64,000 nt of DNA from Anthoceros angustus (lineage: Eukaryota; Plantae; Anthocerotophyta), in contig MU008173.1 of assembly GCA_010909165.1 (NCBI GenBank), positions 868,001 to 932,000 on the forward strand. Direction: 5' to 3'. Numbering within the stretch: position 1 is the stretch's first letter; the number at the start of each line of letters is the position of its first letter. A program made the translations under genes and the position numbers. Positions 50,307 through 61,719 of this stretch are shown one piece after another. The notes under the pieces are model-generated. The model saw only the letters and a program-made list of their open reading frames with translations. It searched no databases and was not told where the DNA came from.

Positions 50307-53237
50307 TTACACAACTTCGTTCAGTTCAGATTCCACGAAGCCGTCAGTTTCATCCAGATTTGTGTTAACAGCAATGGAGATAGACTTGACCATGTCTCCA
50401 GCCTCCAGCCGCATCAGTTTCACTCCCCTACTTTTGCGGCCTTGAATGGAAATATCTCGAACCCTCAGACGATTGATGATCCCACTTTGGCTACCGAGAA
50501 CAACCTGCTCATCGCTTTCGCCATCATCTGTAAGCTTTTCGCCCACTACAAACAAACCAACCAAGTAATCTCCATCCCAATATTTCATTCCAATCGTGCC
50601 AACTTTCCCACCCTCGCTGAAAGAACCCAGAGGCACCCGTTTGCCAAATCCATTTGCAGTCACTAACAGAAGCCAAGGAGGGCCAGTCTTCTCAGTCTCA
50701 TTCTGTCCTCTGCTCAGATATGAGGCAGGCACAATATCCAAGGCTGCCATCCTGTCGCCCTCCTTCAACCTCATGGCTCCCTGTCCTTTGGTGGGCCGTC
50801 TAAGTGGCCTCAGCTTACTGCATCTCCACTCAACCACCTGCCCTCGCTGTGAGCCCATCACGATGATATCATCCTCGGCAGCCTGCCTTACCCACCTTAG
50901 CTCATCTCCTGGCTCAAGCTGCATAGCTACGATGCCTGAAGTCCGGATGGCACCAAACGATGATAGGGAGGTGCGCTTTATACACCCACCAGTGGTGAGC
51001 ATCACTAGGTATTGATCTTCACGGAACTCACTCACAGAGAGTATAGATGTTATCCTTTCTCCTGGCGGCACGGCGAGAATCTGAACAAGAGGGCTACCAA
51101 TTGCCGTCCGTGAGCACTCAGGAATCTGATAGGCACGGAGGGAATATACAACTCCTCTCTCACTAAAAAACAGTACGTAGTCATGGGCTCTGCAAACAAA
51201 GAACTTTGACAAGGAATCATCACTTCTCATTTTCTGTCCAGACTTGCCTGAGGTCCCTCGATTTTGGGCAGCAAATGTATCAGATGCCATCCTTTTGATG
51301 TACCCCCTTGCACTCAACGTGACAAGCGTCTCATCATTGGCAATAACATCGATGTCATCTATCTGCCCATCGCTGCCCTGATAAACAACTGTCCGTCGGG
51401 GAGTTCCAAAGTCATGTTTCAATTGCAGGGCTTCCTTTTCTATCATCTGCAGAACACGGTGCCTGCTCGTCAGCACCAGCTTCAAGCTCGATATCTCCGC
51501 TGCCAATGCCTCTTGCTCCTCTTCAAGTTTCGACTTTTCCAAACTTGTGAGCCTCCGCAGAGGCATTGCTAGCAACCCCTCTGCTTGCACCGCCGACAAC
51601 CCCAGCTGCTCCTGCAAAGCCTGCGACGCCCCTGCAGCATCCTTAGCAGACCGGATCATCCCCACCGCCTGATCCAACCTCTGCAGCCCAATCAAAAACC
51701 CCTGCACCAAATGGTCCCGTTCCTCCGCTCGCTTAAGCTGAAACCTCGTCCGTCTCTCAATAGTCGAGCACCGAAACTCCAAAAACGCCTCCAGAAACTC
51801 CCTCAACCCAAGAGTCCGAGGCTCCCCATTCCATATCGTTACCATGTTACAACTGAACTGCGTCTGCAGCCCAGTATACTTATACAGATTGTTCAGCACA
51901 ACCTGCGGCACAACCCCCCGCTTCACCTCCACCACAATCCGCATCCCAGACCGATCACTCTCATCCCTCACATCACTCACCCCCTCCAACGTCTTGTTAG
52001 TCACCATATCCGCAATCTGCTCTACCAACGCCGCCTTATTCGTCTGATACGGCAACTCAGTGATAAAAACCGCCGACCGCCCACTCCTCCCATCCAACTG
52101 CTCTATCTGCGCCTTCCCCCTCAACGTCAGCCGCCCCTTCCCCGTCCTATACGCATCCACAACCCCCAACGTCCCCAAAATTTGCCCTCCCGTGGGAAAA
52201 TCCGGCGCAGGCACATACTCCATCAGCTCCTGCACCGTGGCATTCGGATTCCTCATGAATGCACACAACGCATCCGCAATCTCCCCTAGGTTATGAGGCG
52301 GGATGTTGGTCGCCATCCCCACCGCAATCCCCGACGCCCCATTCAACAAAACATTCGGCAACCTCGCCGGCAAAACCACCGGCTCCTGCTGCGACTCATC
52401 AAAGTTGTTCACAAAATCCACCGTATCCATTTCCAAATCCGCCAGCAGCATCGATTCCGACACCGCCTCCAGCCTGCACTCCGTGTACCGCATCGCCGCG
52501 GCCGGGTCAGCATCAATGGAACCAAAATTCCCATGCCCGTTAATCAAAGGGGACCTCAAAGAAAACCCCTGCGCCATCCGCACCAATGCATCATACACGG
52601 CCGTGTCCCCGTGCGGATGGTACTTCCCCAGCACCTCCCCCACCACCCTGGCGCTCTTTTTGAAGGCCTTCTTCGAAGTGAGCCCGAGTTCGTGCATCGC
52701 GAACAAGATCCTCCTGTGCACCGGCTTCAGCCCGTCCCTCACGTCCGGCAGCGCTCGGCCGACGATCACCGACATGGCGTAAGCCACGTACGAGTCGGAG
52801 GCCTCCTTATGGAGCTCCACCTGCACTACCCGCTGGTCCTGCGCCAGCAGAACCCCCGCCTCCGGCCCGGCCCGCCCATCCCCGTCCTCGGAACCTTCCC
52901 CGCCGGTCCCGGCTCCAGCCGCAGCCACCGCCTGCTGCCCCCTTTGCTTCCCCGCTCTCCCGCCCGCAGCAGCGCTCCACCGCCGGCTCCCCTGCCCCCG
53001 CAGCAAGAGCCTGCTGGAATTGGAGATGGAGGCGTGGGAGGAGAGGAGCCACAGCCTGGAGGTTTTGGGAAGCGGAATTGCGCAGCCCAGGGCCGCCCGG
53101 GCCGCGCCCGACGCCATCGCCATGCTCCCTGAGAGCGTCATCACGCGAATGCCCTGCCTTGGTGCCCAGGAGAAGAAAAGACACGACACGCCTGTTCTGC
53201 ACAAGAGCAGTGCGTTCTGCTGCACCATGTTCGTCAT
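50307..53237 (-). CDS. gyrA: DNA gyrase subunit A, organelle-targeted, intronless; true start may be a downstream ATG (MTLSG or MAMASG)
   Basis: One uninterrupted ORF: [29 protein letters not shown], catalytic [22 protein letters not shown], GyrA-box-like QNRGTSGK, C-terminal beta-pinwheel repeats. N-terminal Ser/Arg/Ala-rich transit-peptide-like extension. Confidence 0.97.
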   Translation of the reverse strand: MTNMVQQNALLLCRTGVSCLFFSWAPRQGIRVMTLSGSMAMASGAARAALGCAIPLPKTSRLWLLSSHASISNSSRLLLRGQGSRRWSAAAGGRAGKQRGQQAVAAAGAGTGGEGSEDGDGRAGPEAGVLLAQDQRVVQVELHKEASDSYVAYAMSVIVGRALPDVRDGLKPVHRRILFAMHELGLTSKKAFKKSARVVGEVLGKYHPHGDTAVYDALVRMAQGFSLRSPLINGHGNFGSIDADPAAAMRYTECRLEAVSESMLLADLEMDTVDFVNNFDESQQEPVVLPARLPNVLLNGASGIAVGMATNIPPHNLGEIADALCAFMRNPNATVQELMEYVPAPDFPTGGQILGTLGVVDAYRTGKGRLTLRGKAQIEQLDGRSGRSAVFITELPYQTNKAALVEQIADMVTNKTLEGVSDVRDESDRSGMRIVVEVKRGVVPQVVLNNLYKYTGLQTQFSCNMVTIWNGEPRTLGLREFLEAFLEFRCSTIERRTRFQLKRAEERDHLVQGFLIGLQRLDQAVGMIRSAKDAAGASQALQEQLGLSAVQAEGLLAMPLRRLTSLEKSKLEEEQEALAAEISSLKLVLTSRHRVLQMIEKEALQLKHDFGTPRRTVVYQGSDGQIDDIDVIANDETLVTLSARGYIKRMASDTFAAQNRGTSGKSGQKMRSDDSLSKFFVCRAHDYVLFFSERGVVYSLRAYQIPECSRTAIGSPLVQILAVPPGERITSILSVSEFREDQYLVMLTTGGCIKRTSLSSFGAIRTSGIVAMQLEPGDELRWVRQAAEDDIIVMGSQRGQVVEWRCSKLRPLRRPTKGQGAMRLKEGDRMAALDIVPASYLSRGQNETEKTGPPWLLLVTANGFGKRVPLGSFSEGGKVGTIGMKYWDGDYLVGLFVVGEKLTDDGESDEQVVLGSQSGIINRLRVRDISIQGRKSRGVKLMRLEAGDMVKSISIAVNTNLDETDGFVESELNEVV

Positions 53238-53390
53238 CTGAACCTTCCCCGCGCCCCAGCACCCGCCGCCGCTGGGTTGCCCGCCTCCCGCATTGCGCTC
53301 GCCGCTGCCATGGCGTCCCCTGGAACCTGCTCTGCCCCGTTCCTTGGACTTCGTCTCCTCCTCCGAGCTAGACTACACTAGACCACCCAT

Positions 53391-53403
53391 GGGTTTAGGG
53401 TTT
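53391..53403 (-). promoter_or_regulatory. Telo-box (AAACCCTA) upstream of gyrA
   Basis: gggtttagggttt on + reads AAACCCTAAACCC on -, ~150 bp upstream of the ORF. Telo-boxes are known in promoters of plant translation and replication genes. Confidence 0.5.
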
Positions 53404-53474
53404 AACGTTTTCCAGACCTCGAAAGGGCAAACAACAAAAATGCAATCCGGACAGTGGGAAGATCAGAACACTTC

Positions 53475-53997
53475 CACAGAAAAGAGTCACGGAACAAGTT
53501 ACCTCTTGTAACAGAAGAACAGGATCCGCAGCACCAGCGGTCTCTAGCGGACTGATGTGATACGGCTTCAACTCAGATATTTTTGCTGCATCCCTCTCTA
53601 GATCTCGTTTAAGCTGAATACATTGTGCAGGATCCGCAGCACCAGCGGTCTCCAGCCGAATGATGTTATACGGCTTGAACTCAGATATTTTTGCTGCATC
53701 CCTCTCCAGATGTCGTTCAAGCTGAATACATTGTGCAAAGACCCCTGGCTGTGAGCCATCAGGCAGACAAACTCGTGCAACCTTGAGCGTTCTAGGGATG
53801 ACAGCAAAGTCGCACCTGCCGGTCACCGAAAAGTCTCTCAACTTCTTCGGGAGAGGCTTCTGTTATCAGGGCATCCAAAGCCTCATTCAGGACCTTTGAA
53901 GTCTCATACGCCTTCCGTATGCTTGCTGCTCGTTTTTTGTCTTCCCTGCATGGTTCAGAACTGACAATCATGACCAGCTTCTCTGTGCCTGGCACTT
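53475..53997 (-). pseudogene. Duplicated fragment of the neighbouring callose synthase (source ~44568-44980), with one exon tandemly doubled
   Basis: Contains exon EDKKRAASIRKAYETSKVLN...RLFGDRQ, the intervening intron, and two copies of the LKRDLERDAAKISEFKPYNIIPLET.GAADP exon. Intron sequences match the CalS source. Confidence 0.92.
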
Positions 53998-54164
53998 AGA
54001 AGGAACTTCAGTAAAAGCAGAAAATCAAACACTCTCTCCAAGATATTCATCGGCAGGTTCCTCCAAATCTTGTCATCCATGTTGAAGCCACCGGAGGGCA
54101 CACCTGCGTCGTGTTGCACCAAAGTACGGAACGCCTTTTCTCGCTGAGGAGGCGGCATGGCCAT
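53998..54164 (-). pseudogene. F-box motif-containing gene fragment abutting the CalS duplicate
   Basis: MAMPPPQREKAF...MDDKIWRNLPMNILERVFDFL is a plant F-box start (W..LP..IL.R.F..L), preceded by an acceptor-like tttgcag. Confidence 0.65.
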
Positions 54165-54951
54165 CGCCTGCAAACCTAAACCGATCAAAGCCTCTTATAC
54201 ATTAGGCCGACAGATCATGCCATTTTGCCTTTCTCTTGTTTCTCACGCCTGCAACTTCGCCTTCTCTTGTTTTTCACGGCAGCTATACGTATGTCCCGAA
54301 ATGATGGACGTCTTTTCTAGCAAGTTGGACAATTGCGCCTCAAAACGCAGGGCGTCCACATGGCTTGAGGAGGCACACACATGTCATTGAATTAGGGGCA
54401 ACGACGCCGTCCTTCGCAGCTCTGTATGACATTGTATGCCCTGCCCTGCAGGTAATACCCTGATATCACGGCACTCCATGGCATCAAGACCATCAAACAC
54501 ACCCTAGCATCCTCTTTGGGCATAGAAGCAGCCCGGTCACAGACATGGATGGACAACTACATATTTTTGTGGTCGGGGATAAGCCGCATCGCGAGAGTCG
54601 GTGGAAGGTTCCAACATGTGAAGGAAGAAGTCTTAGGCTTGTTACAGAAATGTCTGCCACATATTAATATTCTTTGACTGTTTCATGGGCCATACTTGGG
54701 CTCGCTACAGGAAGAAATGTTTGCCAGATACAAGAGTTCTTTGACTATTTTGCGTTTTGCAAAGCTGCTAGGTGGTTCAGAGATGGTACTGAGCTCGACG
54801 GATGTGACGAACCTTGCTGGAGAGTCTATGCATATTAGTACGCCACAGGCCGTGGACAATCCACGAAGGGCAGTTCATATCTTCGTTGTGTAACTTTCAC
54901 ATGTTACCGAGTTCGTGGCCCTTGAGGGTAAGTTGGAAGCACAGCCAGATA

Positions 54952-55484
54952 CAGTCCAGCCCCCCTAATTGGGACTGGTTCGGAGTGCCTTTAGAGGTCC
55001 CATTAAGGGAAGTGTCCCGATTGTATTTTCCCTATTTAAAAATAATAAAAATATTATAAATTTTAAAACAAATCAAAAAATACCAAAAAAAAAGAAATTT
55101 TAAATTTTGATTGATAGGTTTCACTAAAAATAATTTTTACCAGTTCTTTATATAGTTGTTTGAAAGCTAGCACTCTCTCTAAGCAAGATCAAAAACCTCT
55201 ACCTATCATAAAGGAAAAAGCTTAGCTTAAGAGTCTTCAATCACACCTAAAAGTCTATTGTGCTCTCAAATAATGGATTCTTTTTCTTCTTTTTAAAATT
55301 TTTAGTAAAAATTAGAAATCCCATTTAGGAGGTGAAACTAACATGAATGTATGTTTCAAAAGGTCCCAATTATCATTTAGGAAAAGTCCCATTTATTACA
55401 TTGTAAACTAAAGGGAGTAGGATGGGAGGTCCCATTTAGAGAGGAATCCCATTTATAGAATTCCCAATTAGGGGGGGCCGACTG
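54952..55484. mobile_element. Non-autonomous Tc1/mariner (pogo-like) MITE with TA target-site duplication
   Basis: TA|CAGTCCAGCCCCCCTAATTGGGA ... TCCCAATTAGGGGGGGCCGACTG|TA: ~23 bp imperfect TIRs, AT-rich interior, several (g)tcccattta subterminal repeats. Confidence 0.88.
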
Positions 55485-56304
55485 TATTAAGCTATCTCCC
55501 AACATACATGTGAGGTTGCCAAGCTGCAGATTTCCAGGTTCCAAGCATCAAGAGTGCACCTTACGATTTGTTGCAGGGGACACGATGCAGCATTTGGAGG
55601 GTTTAAGGGATCAAGAAAATAGCTACCACCTGTGCCCTTGCAGGGCTGCAATCATGACGTCATTAAAGTTGCCATGGAAAGGATTTGAAACTGTGGCAAT
55701 TGTGATTAGACCGGACTGAATAAACGTTCAGTACAATTTTGAAGTTTGTGGACAGATCAAATAGGCTTTAAGTGGAAATGCATTTATTTATTGCCAGAGA
55801 CCAAGAATGAATTGGTGCAGCTTCAGTTGTACCATCACAACTTTGAGCTACAGAATGACTGCAGTTATTTGCCAAGGGCAGCCCAGAGAGGCACTTACTC
55901 TTCAAATGGTATAGGCCTCCTGGCCACAGCGCTAGCAACTACCTACACACTAACTAGACTAAACTAGTGTTCTACTAGTTTCTTCTTTTGCCTCGTCAAG
56001 TATGTAGGAGGCCAAAGCTATGACTCCGAGAGCGATGTGTGAGGAGTGCACTAAACTCGAAACTATGTCGAAGCACTAAACTCCCAAGTCGAAAAGAAGC
56101 AACTACGCCGGACGTTCGACGAACTTGTGAGAGCACATCAACCGACAGCCTCATCAGGACCATCTCAAGAGGGATAAATTGTGCCGGACGTTCGGCATAG
56201 TGTGAGTACACAGCCCCGGGAACTTCATTGTTAGAGTGCAAAACAGAGGGAGGAATTGGGGTAATGCGCGGACTTTTGGCGCATGGGCGTGAGTCCCCAA
56301 AAGC

Positions 56305-56580
56305 CTGTGCCGGATGTCCAGCACATTTTCTGTAAACCCCGACTCTATCGAACATCCGGCGCAATATCTGGAAGTGGTGGAGTGGAGGCGTCGGACGTCC
56401 GGCACATTCCCTTGAGACCCCAACCCTATCGAACATCCGGCGCGAGGTCTAGCTGGAAATGGTGGCTCTAGTGGAGCCGCAAGACGTCCAGTGCATTTTC
56501 TTGAGACCTCGACCCTATCGAATATTTGATGCGACATTTGGAATTGGTGGAGTGGAGGCGCTGGACATCCAGCGCAATTG
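56305..56580. repeat. Imperfect ~80-90 bp tandem repeat (3+ copies), probably TE-internal
   Basis: Recurring cggacgtccggcacatt...gaccccgaccctatcgaacatccggcgc...tggaagtggtggagtggaggcg. Related gacgttcgacgc motifs occur at ~56110, ~56185 and ~57718. Confidence 0.75.
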
Positions 56581-59007
56581 TATATGAATTAATTTTATAT
56601 GGATCATGAACACCCATTGTAGTGGAGGTGCACATTGACTTCTTGAGATAAGAACTATACACTTAAGCACCTTTGAGTAGATCAATACCAAGACGACATG
56701 CTTTCTTTTAGTGGTTTGACAAATTTTGAAAGAAACTCACAGTTCAACAGCATGGGGCAGATCAGTACCAAGATGGGGTGCTGTATTTTGGTAGTTTAAA
56801 AAATTTATAAATCATTTACATCAAAACATGTAGACTTTATTTACATGTAGAGAACTGAAGTCTCATCTACATTGGGGAGAAGGGGAACAACCCTTTAGAG
56901 GCCCCCAGGCCAAGCGGGACTAGGCCCCTTGAATGTCTACTCTCAAGCTATCTACCGCTCTCAAGATGAAGGCATAGCCTTCCTACATGGGGGTGTACTT
57001 GTGAACCTTGGCTGTAGCGCATCGCTGTACTGCCCAACTCGGAGGATTGACTAAGACATGCTCGCAAACTATATCCCAAGTAGGGTCTATTACAACCACA
57101 TCTACAACAGAGACCTATTGGACAGCGAAAATAAATCATAATCAGCAAAAATAAATAAGATTAGTAAATCATTTACTAGTTGACATTATGTTTGCACATT
57201 CCCTTTGTATACAACATTAAAAGCCTTTTGGCCTTACTCTTTGTGCCCAACCTACGACTTCTTGTTGGATCTTTTCGACTTCTATGTCAAACGTCCGATT
57301 CATTCGAGTTTATCATGCATACAGATGCATGGGTCTTGGTTTCCAGATGAGCTGCATTTTCCGTAATTTGACATGTGTAATGATGGTTTCTGATGGGCAA
57401 CCTTTTGAAAAGGATACTTGATTCACCATGTTGTACAAAGAAGCAATAAAATAAGGAGAGTAGATGATCTATCCTTAAATAAAGAAAGGTTATGGGATGC
57501 AGTCAAAACACATGGAGAAGAGATCATCTGCGCAGCCACTGCGGGCCATAGTGGGAGCTAGCGAGTATCTACCGTGGTTTAAGAAGAGCATTGATATGAG
57601 TGCCGGTTCTGTGGGAATTGAGCGTTGGCAACTAGAGCAAAAGTGTTGTCTGTCCGACTATTGGCGCACTCCTCTTCAAACCCAGTGCACTGCAACTCTT
57701 TGGAGTATAAGTGTACTCGACGTTCGACGCACTCCAGCTCTTTGGAGCATAAGTATGCCGGTCGTTCAACACATCTTGTTTTGTATCGTTTGCAAGTGTA
57801 GAGGTCCAGTTCTTCTAATTAATTGGCCAAATTTGACATGTTTCTTGGAGCCACAAAGCAGTTTGGAGACAAACCCCTTTGTGGGAAGACACTTTTAGTA
57901 TCCTCCCACCAGATCGACGCTGGATGAGGATCCATCAGTCAACCTAGAATCACACATCCACTTCAATCTCTTGGATGTGGGCAGCGATCAAGATTGCTGC
58001 CCCTTATACAGAGGATGGCCTTGGACAGAGCTTCCTGGTATTGGGCTGCACCAGCATTGCAACCTGGCGCCCAAGCAAGGCAAGTGACACGTTAGCGCAG
58101 CTACAGTTGCAATTGCCATTGTGTCATAGCTGGAAATTGAGGGCCATGCTTCAGCGCTACAAAGACCGAGTTGCTGCTGCTCAGTGACCTACTACGAAGG
58201 AGCTGTATGCACATGGCGGAGTGCTCACACAATTGTGAATGATCACCACCGAAATGCAATGCCACAAACATCACGCTAGGATGCCATTAAATACGGCCCG
58301 ATGCTAGGGAGACAATGTGCCTACTCATCGCATCGCCGAGCTCCGCGAATATGCCTTCAATTCGCCTCAGTGCTCAGGCCTAGGATACCAACCACATTTG
58401 TTGCCACATTTCTCACTCTCTAGCCCGTGAAAGATGATCGTGTGGTCCGTTCAACGAGTAAAATGGTTGCGGCAGTTTCGGGGATTGAACTAGCTCAAGC
58501 TATATGTCCCACCCAAGGCCACTGAGGGGCCACTTTTACAAGCATCACACCACGAGCACCACGGAGTGCACACTTCTGATAGAATATGCTAGGAATACAA
58601 CAAAAGCTTTATAGATAAGTAACAACAGCATATAAGATACACTCCAGAGTGCATAGGATCACATCTCAAAAACACAATGAGTGCACAGATCACATCTAAA
58701 GAACACAAATCTTTACATCTCAAGAACACAATCTTCAATACCCTTATATAAGGTGGAGAGCTTATATATTGATACACTATTTACATGTATACCACATGCC
58801 TCTATACGGAAGTAAGCATAATAATTACTAAACCTAAGACCAACTCATTGTAACTTGCTGTAAAAGCCTGCGCAATATTTTCTTTTCTGTATAAAAGCAT
58901 AGATACTCTATGGGATAGAGTTTCCCCATAGAGTTTCGCGATTACAGTAGAAAAGAAGAAGAATTTTATTTAAATCCACTAAGGACGGATTTCCGTCATG
59001 GACTTCA

Positions 59008-59226
59008 TGGTACTTAACAACTTGTATGTACCATGGTGTGCATAAGCTACTTGCACCATGGGACTTGGTACTTAACAACTTGTATGTACCATGGTGTGCA
59101 TAAGCTACTTGCACCATGGGACTTGGTACTTAACAACATATGTACCATGGTGTGCATAACTTGCACCATGGGACTTGGTACTTAACAACTTGTATGTACC
59201 ATGGTGTGCATAAGCTACTTGCACCA
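59008..59226. repeat. 58 bp minisatellite, about 4 copies, each unit internally palindromic
   Basis: Unit tggtacttaacaacttgtatgtaccatggtgtgcataagctacttgcaccatgggact starts at 59008, 59066, 59124 (slightly deleted) and ~59176. Confidence 0.93.
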
Positions 59227-60414
59227 AGGGCATCCACTCCCTTTAGGCACCCCATCCAAGCTCAGGATGCTTAATCACGGCGTTCTTATAATTGTGTGTC
59301 CAAATGGCCCAGGCCAATTGGCCCTAGAGTCTATCTACCGAATCGCCTATCTACATTCTCAAACATAGTCTTGTCTGTTTCTTTTTCAAGTCTGGATGTG
59401 AATTCCGGGGCACTGGTTTCGATCCTCCGACATGGTTTGATGAGGAGAGGCCTCCTTCAGCGTTGGACGAGATGCCAGTTGACTTCAAATGCAAATGTTA
59501 ACGACTGCTGATGACCAAACCAGTCATTCATCTTCAAAGAGCAGCTGATCTGAACAGAAACAAGGAAACCGTCTGCTCAAGTTGCTGTATGTTCAGAATG
59601 TTGATATCCGATGCCTTCGTCATCGTTTCAAGCCTCCCCGTGGCCTACTCTTGGCATGGAGTTGTCCAGGAAACAATCTTGACCAGTGCACAGGAAGGGG
59701 ATGCTGGACAAATCCGGAGGGGGACTGTATCATTGCTGGCCGCAGGCTCCGCAGTTGTTGAAGTCTGTCGCAATGTCGACACACACGACGGAAGAGCAGA
59801 TGCCTGCCTCACACGGCGCAAGCGCGCAATCGAGAGACAGAGGAGGAGCAGGCAGGGCAGAATGATTGGGAGGCGGCCTGCTCGCTTCCACGCCTTGGCC
59901 GATCATTCCCGCGCGTGGTTTTAATGCTCGTCAAAAACAGCGCACGCTGCTGCACACCAAGGCTACACTCCTGAATCTTGCCATGATACCACATCTTATG
60001 CTTGCTGCCTGCAAACCACAAGATTCTCGAGTATGCTGCCTGGCTTTTAAGAGGCCGGCGGCTTTACTCCCTCGGATTGCAGGAGGATGCATCACGCTAT
60101 CAGAAGAGAAGAAGGAACAAGGGAACTGTATACGATGGAAGTTTTCAGCGACGGAAGAGTAGAGACAAAAAATTGGAGGGCAAAACGCAGATGGTCATAA
60201 GAATTCATCACTGCAATTCAGGATTTAAGATTCAAAAGTTGCTTGCAAAGAGCACATCACATCCACAGATGCAGTCAAGCAGTAGCGCTTCTATGCAGTC
60301 TTATTTGCGCACGAAACCGAAGGCTGTTGGAGGGGCATTCGCACACACACATTCCCTCTCCAGAGGCTGGCAGCTACAAACTGATCACTTGTGTTCAATT
60401 CGCCGCATGTTGCT

Positions 60415-61036
60415 TCATTCGGTCCATGTCACATCAATGTGTCGAACTTCAGGTTTCTTCTCCTCAACCTTTGGCACGGTGACAGTAAGCACGCCATTTT
60501 CCACACTTGCTGCGACCTGATGGAGCTTCGCGTTCTTAGGCAGCCGAAACTTGCGCAGGAATTGGCCGTAAGAGCGCTCCACATGGTGCCACTTGTCTTT
60601 CTCCTGCACCTCTTCCTTGCTGCGCTCTCCGCTGATCTTCAGCACATTGCCATCCTCAACTTCCACCTTCACCTCTTCTTTCTTCAGACCTGCAAAGAGT
60701 TGGAATCATGCCTCGTGTCATAGCCTTTACACCGACGGCGCCTCCACACCGACGGCGCCTGCAGTGACCGTCGAAACAAGAAAAATGCGATGACATTGTG
60801 CTGTAGGAGGAATGCTAATGCTTACCAGGCAAATCTGCCTTGAAGACGTGAGCAGTAGGTGTCTCCTTCCAATCAACCTTGGTGCTGGCTACCGCAGTGG
60901 CATCCCTCGCGAAAGATCGAGCAGGAGTCCTCTCCGCCTGTCCAAAGCTCTCGAAGGGGTCCAACAGCCGATCGAAAGCGAGGGGATCCCAAATACTGTC
61001 ACTGCCCACGCGTGAGAAGAAAGGAGCCAACGCCAT
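60415..61036 (-). CDS. Small heat-shock protein HSP20, cytosolic class I-like (~161 aa); exons 61036-60826, 60689-60415
   Basis: [18 protein letters not shown]|[64 protein letters not shown]. One phase-1 GT-AG intron; 486 nt total. Confidence 0.93.
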
Positions 61037-61177
61037 GTAGCCGAGACTCTTCACCGGACCACAAGGTTGCGCGAGGAGGGGTAACTTGCTGAGAGTCCAC
61101 CACAGCTGGAATCGCCTTGGGTTTAGATGCCAACTAAGCCGAAGCAACTACGCGATGCTAAGGCGGGATAGAGGCCC

Positions 61178-61335
61178 AGCTTTAAGAAGGCCAGGCAGCA
61201 CGTTCTGGAGCCTTCTAGCACAGTGCTCGGACAACTCTACCTGCTTCTTGAAGTTGGAAGCGACGAGACCGTTATGGTTGCGCCGCGAACCTTCTTGCTT
61301 TTAGTTTATAAGAACATCAAGAATCCGCGTTCCAA
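61178..61335 (-). promoter_or_regulatory. HSP20 promoter: TATA-like box and heat-shock elements
   Basis: TTCtgGAGccTTC at 61203-61215, TTCttGAA at ~61245, GAAccTTC at ~61287. Minus-strand CTTAAA at ~61180-61185. Confidence 0.7.
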
Positions 61336-61719
61336 AGGGACGCTAGTTCTCATGACACGGTTGAGCGCGACCTATGAGATCCTGGACTATGCCCGTGTAC
61401 AGTATAGGTAGCTGGTGGTATGGTGTTCGGGATTTGCCACATTGTCTGGTCATAGCCTCAAACTTCCCAGCCCAATTCTCACCATAATTACGCTGCAGTT
61501 CCCAGGATGACTGCGTGGGGTTAAAGGAATGGGATGGGGCGGCTGTCGTCATTTTCCACGTTTCCGCATGCTCAGCTCTGCAGACAACACTCACCTGTCT
61601 ATCGGTAGAATGTGAGAGTAGTGGGCTGTTTCTCATGTCCAAGAGTGACCTGGAATTTCTGGCGCGGACAGACTCTGCCTTTTATCGCTCTCTGATTTAC
61701 ACAGTGCTGAAACTGTGCA

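Noticed and set aside
51585-53132. 234 aa and 279 aa + strand ORFs
   Set aside because: Antisense to gyrA; explained by codon and strand skew.
50307-53237. gyrA as bacterial contamination or recent HGT
   Set aside because: It has a transit-peptide-like extension, plant-type motifs and continuous eukaryotic flanks.
59008-59226. CRISPR array
   Set aside because: Head-to-tail repeats with no spacers, no cas genes, eukaryotic context.
59437-59555. C/D-box snoRNA (TGATGA...CTGA)
   Set aside because: Imperfect C boxes, no terminal stem, and no rRNA-complementary guide I could identify.
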